The notes: generated by a model not told the origin, from the sequence alone. 55,658 nt of DNA from an archaeon (GCA_004212155.1 RXIG01000007.1:1-55658); one strand, 5' to 3'; positions 1-9,237 are shown, counted from the stretch's first letter. A program made the numbers and translations.

Positions 1-726
1 GACAAGCGCATCGCGTCCTTCTGGAAGGACGCACCAGCGCTTGTGGACGGGGACAAGCAGATCTACGGCCTCGTGTTCGTCAAGCCGCGCTCAATCGACT
101 ACCTGTACTACTCGGCAACGCTCTACGAGCGTCAGATGGACTCCGTGCGGCGGCGGGCGCATGCCATGCTTTGTGACGCCCGGGAGCTCCAGGACGCCAT
201 TGACGCGAACATGCGCCCGAGGAAGAAGTACCGCTGCGGCCCGTCTGGCAACTGCCACATCACGTCGGTCACGACGTACCAGACGCTGCTTTCCGAGATG
301 ACCGACGACGAGGCGTACCGCTACGCGCTCTCGCGCTGCGCGAACGGGCGCGAGGGCTTTTTCTGTCTCAAGTCGAGCGTCATGTTAACACTTGAAGAGG
401 CGCCCTACCGATACCGGAAGAAGGACTCGATCGAGAAGATATTCCATTCCTTGAAGAATGAAATAGAAGTCAAGCCTGTGCGCTGCTGGAAGAAAGAGCG
501 CCAGATCGGCGTTCTTTTGATAGGCTTTCTCGCACAGCTTTTCATCTCGCTCCTGCGCTTTGAAGTGCCGAAGGCGGCGCACACCTGCACAAAATTCATC
601 AAAAAAAGCCTCCAAAAGTTAACAGATACCGTGGTGTGTGCGCCGTCAGGCGCAAAACGCCACATATTTGCCAACTTCGACGAGCTGAACTCGGCAATAT
701 TGTGCAATTGCGGCCGCATTACCTAG
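1..726 (+). CDS. IS1634-family DDE transposase, C-terminal part (5' truncated by window)
   Basis: Frame open from base 1; motif YRKKDSIEKIFHSLKNEIEVKPVRCW...IGFLAQL matches the Y-x-x-R/K-x-x-IE-x-x-F-x-x-LK catalytic-Glu region. Confidence 0.85.
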   Translation, partial: DKRIASFWKDAPALVDGDKQIYGLVFVKPRSIDYLYYSATLYERQMDSVRRRAHAMLCDARELQDAIDANMRPRKKYRCGPSGNCHITSVTTYQTLLSEMTDDEAYRYALSRCANGREGFFCLKSSVMLTLEEAPYRYRKKDSIEKIFHSLKNEIEVKPVRCWKKERQIGVLLIGFLAQLFISLLRFEVPKAAHTCTKFIKKSLQKLTDTVVCAPSGAKRHIFANFDELNSAILCNCGRIT

Positions 727-853
727 AATAAAGAGATAAAATCCGGCCCGGAAGCAGCAACTGTTACAACTGCTTTCCTGCATTTTTGATGTGAAGAATG
801 AGAAATGATAGCGATGGAACCAAAGCTATCTGCGAGCAAGTGTTAAAGTCAGG
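1..853 (+). mobile_element. 3' part of an IS1634-like insertion sequence; left end lies outside the window
   Basis: Transposase C-terminus, then a ~125 bp non-coding tail ending GTGTTAAAGTCAGG (840-853), which resembles IS1634-type ends; AT-rich host promoter DNA starts abruptly afterwards. The right end is inferred because the partner inverted repeat is not visible. Confidence 0.7.
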
Positions 854-898
854 TTTTATAGTAATATACTATTGATATCAATATTCCTACCAATAATA

Positions 899-914
899 CC
901 GAAATATTTATATA
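899..914 (+). promoter_or_regulatory. Archaeal promoter (BRE + TATA) of the S-layer gene
   Basis: CCGAAA followed by TTTATATA about 75 nt upstream of the start codon. Confidence 0.65.
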
Positions 915-987
915 CTATTGATGAGCAATACTAATATAGAATCTACATAACAATGTAGATGTACCTAAATTAAAAAAGGTGAATAAC

Positions 988-3648
988 GTGAAATGGAAGA
1001 AGATTGGAGTAGCTGTTTCGGGTGCACTTCTTCTAGGCTCAACACTCGTTGGCGCATTAGCAGGCGCTGAGTCGACCGACGACATATCCAGGGATTTGTT
1101 CATAAATCCCGACAATGGGGAACCGCAAAGCCTCATAGTCGTTGGTTCCAACGCCGCTGCAAGCGACGTGGTGTCAGCTTCCTGGATCTCAGCACAGATC
1201 GGGAGCATGGCCTATTACGAGGAAGTGACCCAAAACGAAAATGTGTATTCCGTCCTCTATGAAGAGGAATGGGAAGTAGACAATTTCTTTGACGACGACG
1301 ATAACGACGACAAGTTCGACGATTTCAGATATGCTTTATGGGAAGCACCGTTTGCCCCTGCTGACGACATGATCCCTGACTCATGGGTCGTACTGCCTTA
1401 TGTTTGTGATTCCACAACGTTTGCAGAGACATTCCCTCCAGATGTGCCTGAAAATCAAGAAATGATGGTTCCTAAAGATGCAACTATGCCTTGGTGGGAC
1501 TATGATGTATATGTTGACCACTTGACAGACTTTGGATGTGCGGCAGATGTGATGGTCGACACTGGATGTTCTTTCGAATCGATTTCTGTTGACTTCTCCA
1601 TACGTGATGTGGAGTGCACGGAGGACATGTGCATTGGATGTACTGCAGGTTGCGACCAGATGGGTCTCTACTGGTATGAGAATGCTGGTGAATCAGCTCT
1701 TACCTATGGATGGGAAAATGGCGACGGCGACGGAGAAGTTGACTCGGATGAGGTGTTCACGTTCCAGGAACTCCTTGACAAGGATGAGGAACTAGCTGCT
1801 GATACGATGAACCCAATAGCTTGGGAACTCGTACAGGGTATACCTCAACTACTGGAATGTCAAACCTATCCTAACGTCTACCCCCGCTACTACTGGGGCT
1901 CACCGTCGGGTGCAAACAGCATATGTGACCCCATCGGTGGCATGCAGTACCGAAGCACGGTCTACGGTTTGAATGGCCTTAAAACAGTAACATGGAATGC
2001 CATCATTGGCCCCGACTCCGAGGCATACGGGGTATGTGAGCCAAACCCCCCTGAATCTGTTGAACTTTACTGTGAGACGTGCGACGTTTACTTCCTAGGG
2101 CAGCACTACGATGCAATTAGCTTTGGCACTAACGAGGATGGCATAGACTACATGTTCTACGGCACGCCCAAGTGGTATGTAGAGGAAAAGCTCAAAGTCG
2201 GTGAATCGAAGGACTTTGGTGACTTCACGCTTACCATAAACGACCTCGGCATCTACGAGAACAAGGCACATGTGACTGTTACTGATGGTGAGGGCGTCGA
2301 TCATGATTACATGGTCGTCATCGACACCTACACGTCCCAGGTGCCCTCTGATGGTGAAGGGGACTACGACAATGAGGAAAACGATACACTCGCTTTCACG
2401 GAGGAAACCTGCGGCACGGAAGAGGTCGTATTTGCAGTAAACTTCGTGAAGACCATGATTGGTGCATCAGGTAACTACGTCGTCGAATTCCATGCATACA
2501 ACCTGCTTGACTACGGCTGCCTCAAGGAACGTATCTACCCTGGGCCGTGTGAGACGGTGACCGATGAGCTCCACATGCCCTACGTCACGTCGGACTGTGG
2601 TGGGGAACAACTCGATTGGTATCTTGACATCATACCCTCAAACGGTGTACAGACACTTGACCTCGACAACGATCCATCCCTTTGGGATGAAGCAAATCCC
2701 AATTTCGACGCATGTGATGACCTCAGCATATACGCAAATCTGCCACTCCTTGGCCTTTACCAGGCAGGAGACGTATTCAAGTTATGGGACACAAATGGTG
2801 ATGGTACAGAAGATACGCCACTCATCCAAATAAGCGCAGTAGCTGATCCAGTAGGTACAAATGACGACTATGCATTTGACCTTATCTTTGATAGTGGCTC
2901 AATTAATGGAACAAGCTATACTGCAACAGAAGTATTCCAAATGTGGGATGCATTCGTTAGCCAGATGTCGTATTACTATGAGATGGTGCCGGTTGACGTA
3001 TTGTTAGGTGGTACACTATCTTCGTATAATACTATGGCATTTGCGAATGACACAGATGGCAATGGAATACTTGACACTGTCAGTACAACTGAAACAGAGT
3101 ACTTAGAAGCAACTATAGCTCCTGAAGAGATGGCCGTACCTCTCTGCTCCCCGATGCTCGAACTCTGGCTCGCAACGCCTGTCGAACTCGCTGGAATGTG
3201 CAACGATGCGCTTACCATCTGCCTTGACGACATGAACGGCAACGACTACTTCACGCTCGAAGTGACCGACGCAGTACACACCGACTACCAGATCGACGGC
3301 GAGATACGCCTCTACAAGACCGAGGAGCTTGCACCGACGATCTCAAAGGTCTACGTCGACATCAACCCCGCAGAGCTTGTCGCTCTCGACACAGAGATCG
3401 AGGTCAACCCCGAGCTCAAGAGCGAGTACAACCTCATACTCGTGGGCGGACCGGTAGCAAACAGCATTGTTCAGCAGCTTGTCGACCTTGGTGAGACCAC
3501 CTTCGAGGAGTGGGATACTTCAGAGGGCGAGTACAAGCTCTATGAGGATGCGTTCGCTGCAGGCAAGCACGTGCTCATCGTGGCCGGCAAGGACCGTGAC
3601 GCGACGGCACAGGCAGCACACGACCTCATCGAGGCACTGAAGGCTTAA
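988..3648 (+). CDS. S-layer protein (Thermococcales/Methanococcales type, S_layer_N and S_layer_C domains)
   Basis: GTG at 988 after SD AGGTGA; signal peptide KWKKIGVAVSGALLLGSTL; N-terminal IVVGSNAAASDVVSA and C-terminal NLILVGGPVAN...VLIVAGKDRDAT motifs; very acidic. Confidence 0.88.
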   Translation: MKWKKIGVAVSGALLLGSTLVGALAGAESTDDISRDLFINPDNGEPQSLIVVGSNAAASDVVSASWISAQIGSMAYYEEVTQNENVYSVLYEEEWEVDNFFDDDDNDDKFDDFRYALWEAPFAPADDMIPDSWVVLPYVCDSTTFAETFPPDVPENQEMMVPKDATMPWWDYDVYVDHLTDFGCAADVMVDTGCSFESISVDFSIRDVECTEDMCIGCTAGCDQMGLYWYENAGESALTYGWENGDGDGEVDSDEVFTFQELLDKDEELAADTMNPIAWELVQGIPQLLECQTYPNVYPRYYWGSPSGANSICDPIGGMQYRSTVYGLNGLKTVTWNAIIGPDSEAYGVCEPNPPESVELYCETCDVYFLGQHYDAISFGTNEDGIDYMFYGTPKWYVEEKLKVGESKDFGDFTLTINDLGIYENKAHVTVTDGEGVDHDYMVVIDTYTSQVPSDGEGDYDNEENDTLAFTEETCGTEEVVFAVNFVKTMIGASGNYVVEFHAYNLLDYGCLKERIYPGPCETVTDELHMPYVTSDCGGEQLDWYLDIIPSNGVQTLDLDNDPSLWDEANPNFDACDDLSIYANLPLLGLYQAGDVFKLWDTNGDGTEDTPLIQISAVADPVGTNDDYAFDLIFDSGSINGTSYTATEVFQMWDAFVSQMSYYYEMVPVDVLLGGTLSSYNTMAFANDTDGNGILDTVSTTETEYLEATIAPEEMAVPLCSPMLELWLATPVELAGMCNDALTICLDDMNGNDYFTLEVTDAVHTDYQIDGEIRLYKTEELAPTISKVYVDINPAELVALDTEIEVNPELKSEYNLILVGGPVANSIVQQLVDLGETTFEEWDTSEGEYKLYEDAFAAGKHVLIVAGKDRDATAQAAHDLIEALKA

Positions 3649-3656
3649 GATCTAAC

Positions 3657-3684
3657 CTCTCTTTTTTCTTTTTTTCTTTTTCTC
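3657..3684 (+). terminator. Oligo-T archaeal terminator
   Basis: CTTTTTTCTTTTTTTCTTTTTCT directly after the S-layer stop. Confidence 0.75.
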
Positions 3685-3726
3685 TACAGCATAAATTATA
3701 AATACTCCATCTTTGTAGCTTCTGTA

Positions 3727-5064
3727 ATGAGGAAGCGTGCTCTGTTTATCGGTTTATTGCTTCTATTCTCATCTATGCCGCTTACGCATGCTGCACCACT
3801 TGATATAAAGTATTTCTACTCTCCTAGTTGTTCACACTGCCGTGTTGTATCGGGCATTCTTGATGATATAGGGGAAGACTATGCTGACGTTGTTGAGATA
3901 GATCGCATAAATGTTAATGCTTCAGAAAATCAAGATGTGTGGTCCGATTACTCCTCGCGATTCTCACTAAGCGGCGTACCGGTCCTTATCATCAATGACG
4001 AATACAAGCTTGCTGGTGACATCAAGATAACATATGACAACCTCGTGGACCTTATCGAAGAGATTCTCTCAGGCATCAGCGTAAAGGGCGATGAGCTCTA
4101 TAACAAGGGCGTCAAAGAGATGGAAACCGGCGAGTTCGAGTCCGCCATCGACTACTTCGAACAGGCGCTTGAGATCTATGAGCTGGCAGGCGATGAGAAC
4201 AAGATCGACCTCACGGAAGGCAAGATCCAGGACTGCCACGATTTCATAACTGCCGGCGAGATATACTTCGAAGCAGAGCTTCTCTATGCAGACAAGGAGT
4301 ATGCGGATGCCATCCCACTCTACGAGGAGGCGCTTGCCCTCTATACTGATCTTGGCAAGACGAGCCTCATCAACAACTGCGAGGTACGCCTTCGCTCATG
4401 CCGATTCTTCGTGACATATCAGGATGCGATGGCTGCCTATGACGCCAAGGAGTGGGAGGAGGCGATCACGCTCTTTGAAGAGGCAAAGCAGTACACCTCG
4501 AAAAAGGAGACACTTGATGCGATCAACGAGCACATTTCGTTTTGCGAGACGCAACTTTCGGCACTCGAGCTCTACGGGCAGGCCGAGGAGGCGTTTGCGA
4601 ATGGCGAGTATGCGGATGCCAAGCAGCTCTACAACGATGCTGCCACCCTCATAGCCGACCCGGAGCTCAAAAGCGACTACAACGAAAAGGCTGCGCTTTG
4701 CGACAAGTTCATCGTGGCCCATGAAACGTACGAATACGGCGTCTCTCTCTATGAACAGGAAAAATACGACCAGGCACTTCCCGTCCTTAGAACTGCAAAG
4801 GAAAAGTTTTCCGAACTAGAGGACACGCAGATGGCCGAGAGCGCCCAGGAGTATGCAGACAAGGCGCAGCAAAAGATCGATGAGGCAACACAGCTACAGG
4901 AAGAGGAGCAACAGGAGCGACGCAGGCTCATCATCGCCTCGGGCATCGCAGGCGTCATCGTCGTCGTAGCGTTACTCGTGCTGCTTCTTACGAGACGACG
5001 TCCCGTTGTTGGCGGAGTGGATGAATCCGAGAACGCCCCCGAACACGAGGAGCACGAACGATAA
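3727..5064 (+). CDS. Exported thioredoxin-domain plus TPR-repeat protein with C-terminal membrane anchor
   Basis: Signal peptide; YFYSPSCSHC (CxxC) and GVP cis-Pro loop; repeated helical TPR-like units; TM helix followed by RRR. Confidence 0.8.
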   Translation: MRKRALFIGLLLLFSSMPLTHAAPLDIKYFYSPSCSHCRVVSGILDDIGEDYADVVEIDRINVNASENQDVWSDYSSRFSLSGVPVLIINDEYKLAGDIKITYDNLVDLIEEILSGISVKGDELYNKGVKEMETGEFESAIDYFEQALEIYELAGDENKIDLTEGKIQDCHDFITAGEIYFEAELLYADKEYADAIPLYEEALALYTDLGKTSLINNCEVRLRSCRFFVTYQDAMAAYDAKEWEEAITLFEEAKQYTSKKETLDAINEHISFCETQLSALELYGQAEEAFANGEYADAKQLYNDAATLIADPELKSDYNEKAALCDKFIVAHETYEYGVSLYEQEKYDQALPVLRTAKEKFSELEDTQMAESAQEYADKAQQKIDEATQLQEEEQQERRRLIIASGIAGVIVVVALLVLLLTRRRPVVGGVDESENAPEHEEHER

Positions 5065-5985
5065 TCCCACCATATAAAGGGAGTCCATGCGCACGTCGCT
5101 TAGCAGCTGATCGTTTCTGATCGCCTCGTCAAAGGGTGTTCGTTCCGCATTTACTATTGAGATGTCCTCCTCCTCGTACGGATGCACGAGCATGGGTGTC
5201 TCTTTCACATACGTCTCTTCCTTGTGTGCCAGTGTCAATGACAGGGTCTGGTGGCCCTCTTCTTCCGGGACAAACGATAGTGTGACCTCGTTTTCTCCTG
5301 GCATGACAGTAAATGTGAAGGGTTCGTCGATCTCGACGTTCTTGTCGTTTAGTGACAGATCACCGAGCGGTTCGTCGTTGCTGATCGTGCACATCAACGT
5401 CCTGTCTGCGGGATTGGGATTCGTAATGGTATAGGTGAGGGTCTCCCTGATGCCCACGGTCGCATTGGCCTTATCCTCGCCACCGCTGACGGTGAGCTTT
5501 TCCTCTGCAGGCGTGTTCTCATAGTATGATACCTCGACCTGCGCCGTATTAGAATCGAACCCAAAATTTACGACTTTAAACGAAACAAATGTCAACGATT
5601 CAAATGATGCAACATCTTCTAGCGCATGTCGTACAATATTTTCATCGACCACTGAGATGGATTCCGAGTTCTTTCCGTATTTGATGTGTTCAAGCGTTGC
5701 ACTGTCTACGACCTCATCTGATGTTCGATCTATCACATCTATTCGTACAGAAAGGGACGGTATGCAGGTAAAGTCACTAGAAAGCACCTCATCGCATGAT
5801 TCTAACTTCAGCAATGTCGCAGCATACGTATATTCGGCATCTGAAATAAGGGTTCGTGGCATATCAAGCTCCAGCTCCACCTGGCCGCTGCTCTTCGTTA
5901 TCGGTGCGGCCGAAATCGGCGTGGCGGCAACGAATAATGAGAGGAGCGCGATGGCAAGTAACGGTCGTAGATATCGAGAACTCAT
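4972..5985 (-). CDS. Hypothetical exported protein with Ig-like regions and C-terminal TM helix
   Basis: 337 aa ORF with signal peptide, acidic beta-rich body and a hydrophobic C-terminal helix. Confidence 0.7.
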   Translation of the reverse strand: MSSRYLRPLLAIALLSLFVAATPISAAPITKSSGQVELELDMPRTLISDAEYTYAATLLKLESCDEVLSSDFTCIPSLSVRIDVIDRTSDEVVDSATLEHIKYGKNSESISVVDENIVRHALEDVASFESLTFVSFKVVNFGFDSNTAQVEVSYYENTPAEEKLTVSGGEDKANATVGIRETLTYTITNPNPADRTLMCTISNDEPLGDLSLNDKNVEIDEPFTFTVMPGENEVTLSFVPEEEGHQTLSLTLAHKEETYVKETPMLVHPYEEEDISIVNAERTPFDEAIRNDQLLSDVRMDSLYMVGLSFVLLVFGGVLGFIHSANNGTSSRKKQHE

Positions 5986-6108
5986 CGTTAATTGTACGAA
6001 TAATATATTTATAAATCTTCTGTATTCTCGATGGTATCACGGTGCATAAGGGGGATTGTTGCATATTGTATCGATATGCGAAAAATTAACCAAAAACCTT
6101 TTTAAGTG

Positions 6109-6142
6109 ATTGTAAACTTTTAGTGTATCGTTAGTTTACAAT
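6109..6142. promoter_or_regulatory. BirA-type biotin operator upstream of bioY
   Basis: Perfect inverted repeat ATTGTAAACT-N14-AGTTTACAAT (TGTAAAC-N16-GTTTACA) directly after a CAAAAA/TTTTTAAG promoter. Confidence 0.85.
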
Positions 6143-6151
6143 GTGATTACA

Positions 6152-6673
6152 ATGAAATCAAAGGAACTGGCATATGTAGCAATGTTTGCAACACTCACTG
6201 CGATAGGCGCGTTCATCACAATCCCGCTCCCCATGGTGCCTCTTACGCTCCAGACGTTCTTTGTCATGCTCTCGGGTCTCATGCTCGGCGCGCGTCTCGG
6301 CGCGCTCTCCCAGCTCTTCTACCTTGGTATGGGTGCAATAGGGCTTCCTGTGTTCGCAAGCGGGACCTCGGGGCTTGGCGTCATCGCAGGGCCCACGGGC
6401 GGCTTTCTCATCGGATTCGTCGTCGGGTCATACCTCATCGGGCTCGCGACCGAGGGATCGACCAATCCGAAGCGAGACGGGATAGCGATCGCCGCCGGCA
6501 CCGCTGTGATATACGTATGCGGCATGGCACAGCTCATGAACTTTACCGGCATGAGCATCGTCGCGGCCGCGGAGGTTGCCATACTCCCCTTCCTGCCCGG
6601 TGACGCCCTCAAGGCCATCCTTGCCATCAGCGTCAATCAGAAGGTGCGCAGGGCGAACGTACTCCACATTTGA
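6152..6673 (+). CDS. bioY: Biotin ECF transporter S-component BioY
   Basis: VPLTLQTF, GLPVFA, GPTGGFLIGF and FLPGD motifs; BirA site upstream. Confidence 0.93.
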   Translation: MKSKELAYVAMFATLTAIGAFITIPLPMVPLTLQTFFVMLSGLMLGARLGALSQLFYLGMGAIGLPVFASGTSGLGVIAGPTGGFLIGFVVGSYLIGLATEGSTNPKRDGIAIAAGTAVIYVCGMAQLMNFTGMSIVAAAEVAILPFLPGDALKAILAISVNQKVRRANVLHI

Positions 6674-6735
6674 CAGTAAGATTTTTATGTGGATTTTTTG
6701 AGCATGTCTTTGAACACCTTGTGAGGGAACACATC

Positions 6736-6900
6736 ATGATACTGGTATGTCCAATATGTGAACGGGATATAGAGGCACCTGAAGAGGATGGAGAAACGTT
6801 CCGATGCCCCGGTTGCAGGACCAATCTGCAGGTCTTCAACATCGGCGGCGTATGGGAAGTGCATCGTTACATGGGTTCCTTTAAATCTGATGAGGATTAA
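6736..6900 (+). CDS. Small zinc-ribbon protein (54 aa)
   Basis: MILVCPICERD...FRCPGCRTNL with two CxxC motifs; GAGGG SD upstream; abuts hmgA. Confidence 0.7.
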   Translation: MILVCPICERDIEAPEEDGETFRCPGCRTNLQVFNIGGVWEVHRYMGSFKSDED

Positions 6901-8136
6901 GTGGTCCTTATGGACAAAGATGCCGTTCTCGAAGCGTTGAGGAAGGGCGAGGCAAAGCTCTATGCCCTAGACAGGGAGCATGGCAGTGCCGATGCCACCG
7001 TGCTGCGTCGCTCGTTCCTCGAAGACTATTCTCATACGACGCTTTCAAACATCGCCCACACCTCGCTCGATTTCGATGCCATTTGCGGCCGCAACGCCGA
7101 GAACACGATCGGTGCCGCACAGATCCCCATGGGCGTCGCAGGCCCGTTGAAGGTACGCGGCACCCACGCGTCTGGCACGTACTACGTGCCTCTTGCCACG
7201 ACGGAGGGGGCACTTATCGCTTCGACGAACAGGGGGTGCTCGGTCATCACCCAGGCCGGGGGCGCGGTCACCACTGTGCTTGGTGACGTGATGACGCGCG
7301 CGCCGCTCTTTCGGGTACCCGACCTCACGCATGCGACAGAACTTGTCACATGGGCCGAGGAAAACTTCGACAAGCTTCAGGAAGTAGCAAACGCCCAGAC
7401 GCGCTATACGAAACTGGTCGAGTGCATGCCGTTTGTCGCTGGACGCAACGTCTTCTTGCGCTTTGCATTCTCGACCGGCGACTCCATGGCGATGAACTCG
7501 GCGACCAAGGCAAGCGATGCCGTGGCGACGATGATCGAGGAGACGTTCCCGTGGGCAGAGCTCGTCTCGGTCTCGGGCAACATGTGCGTTGACAAGAAGC
7601 CGTCCGCCGTAAACTTCGTGCTCGGTCGCGGAAAGTCGGTGGCAGCCGAGGTAATGATACCAAAGGACATCGTGGAAAGCAAGCTCAAGACGACGGCCGC
7701 GCGCATGGCCGATGTGTGCTACCGCAAGATCTACGTCGGATCGGCACGCGCCGGGTCGGTGGGCGGATTCAATGCGCACTTTGCCAACGTCGCCGCCGCG
7801 TTCTTCGCAGCGACAGGCCAGGACCTTGCGCATGTCGTCGAGGCGGCAACGGGCCTTACCATGATGGAGGACGTCGACGGCGATCTCTACGCATGCGTGA
7901 CGCTCCCTGACGTTCCGCTTGCCACCTTTGGGGCCGGCACGCAGCTTCCCACACAAAGGGAAGCGCTCTCGATCCTCGGACTCGTCGGAAGCAGCGACGT
8001 TCCCGGGGAGCGGTGCAAGGCGCTCGCGGAGGTCTTTGCCAGCACCGTGCTTGCCGGAGAGCTCTCGCTCATCGGCGCCCTTGCATCACGCGACTTGACC
8101 AAGGCGCACATGCAATACGGCCGCGCCCGACGATAA
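6901..8136 (+). CDS. hmgA: Class I (NADPH) HMG-CoA reductase
   Basis: ENTIG, PLATTEGAL, TGDSMAMN, SGNMCVDKK, GQDLAH and GELS motifs. Confidence 0.95.
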   Translation: MVLMDKDAVLEALRKGEAKLYALDREHGSADATVLRRSFLEDYSHTTLSNIAHTSLDFDAICGRNAENTIGAAQIPMGVAGPLKVRGTHASGTYYVPLATTEGALIASTNRGCSVITQAGGAVTTVLGDVMTRAPLFRVPDLTHATELVTWAEENFDKLQEVANAQTRYTKLVECMPFVAGRNVFLRFAFSTGDSMAMNSATKASDAVATMIEETFPWAELVSVSGNMCVDKKPSAVNFVLGRGKSVAAEVMIPKDIVESKLKTTAARMADVCYRKIYVGSARAGSVGGFNAHFANVAAAFFAATGQDLAHVVEAATGLTMMEDVDGDLYACVTLPDVPLATFGAGTQLPTQREALSILGLVGSSDVPGERCKALAEVFASTVLAGELSLIGALASRDLTKAHMQYGRARR

Positions 8137-8167
8137 TACTTTATACCATTTTTCCCTTTATTATTCG

Positions 8168-9205
8168 ATGAACGTTCTCTTTATCGGTCTGTATCCGCCT
8201 CACATCGGTGGCATTGCCACCCACACATACCAACTCAAGACGCATCTTGAAGCGTTGGGTCATCATGTCTGCGTCGTCACCTACTGCCATGACGATGCTT
8301 GCGACGAGAACGTCGAGATGGTGCACACATGGCCGAGGTTTCGCGGCGTCTCGTTTATCAAGAACGCCTACCGCGTCGCCGAGCCGTTGGTAACGTCTCG
8401 CGACATTGATATCATCCATTCACACTACCTTTCGCCACCAGGCTACGTGGGCGCGCGTCTGTCGAAAAAGCACGGCATCCCCCATGTCACGACGGCCCAT
8501 GGAAGCGACGTCAACTTCATGTATGCGGGATATGTCGGACGATTCCTCATACGAAAGACCCTTGAGCACTGCAACGCCGTGATATGCGTGAGCAAGGCGC
8601 TCGAGTCACGAGTTCGCGCCATCACATCGCTTCCGACCCACTACGTCCCCAACGGCGTCGACACGTCGCTTTTCACACCCTCGAAAGAACCGAAGGAGTA
8701 TGTGCTCTATGTCGGCGCCCTGACGGCGCCAAAACATGTTGACGACCTCATCGACGCACTCACGGGCATGGGTGAGCCACTCGTCGTTGCCGGCGACGGA
8801 CAGCAGCGCCCACGTCTCGTCTGGCTCGCACGGCAGCGCAGGGTCCCCACGGAGTTCGTCGGATACACGCCTGATGTCCCCACGCTCATGCACAGGGCAA
8901 AGGCCCTTGTCCTTCCCTCAGAAGAGGAGGGATTCGGCCTGACGCTGCTTGAGGCGATGGCCGCGGGCGTGCCTGCGATAAGCCGCGACAACGGCGCGGC
9001 GCGCGAGATCATCGAGGACGGGAAAAATGGCCTGCTCTATTCGACCAAGGAGGGCCTTGCGGCGGCACTGCGACGCGTCATCTCGGATGATGAGCTCCGT
9101 TCGCGTCTGATAGAGGGGGGTCTGGCCACGGCCCGGCGGTTCACGTGGGACAGCGTCGCTGCGCGCACATCCGACGTATACTGCCTTTACGCGAAAACCA
9201 TTTAA
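8168..9205 (+). CDS. GT4 family glycosyltransferase
   Basis: YPPHIGG, HGSD, PNGVD and EGFGLTLLEAMAAG (E-x7-E) motifs. Confidence 0.92.
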   Translation: MNVLFIGLYPPHIGGIATHTYQLKTHLEALGHHVCVVTYCHDDACDENVEMVHTWPRFRGVSFIKNAYRVAEPLVTSRDIDIIHSHYLSPPGYVGARLSKKHGIPHVTTAHGSDVNFMYAGYVGRFLIRKTLEHCNAVICVSKALESRVRAITSLPTHYVPNGVDTSLFTPSKEPKEYVLYVGALTAPKHVDDLIDALTGMGEPLVVAGDGQQRPRLVWLARQRRVPTEFVGYTPDVPTLMHRAKALVLPSEEEGFGLTLLEAMAAGVPAISRDNGAAREIIEDGKNGLLYSTKEGLAAALRRVISDDELRSRLIEGGLATARRFTWDSVAARTSDVYCLYAKTI

Positions 9206-9237
9206 CGTAACAGTCACGAGTCGCACAGGGTGAGCCG

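Noticed and set aside
939-960. ATCTAC...GTAGAT stem resembling a Cas12a repeat hairpin
   Set aside because: Single copy, no spacers and no cas genes; better explained as a 5' UTR hairpin or operator
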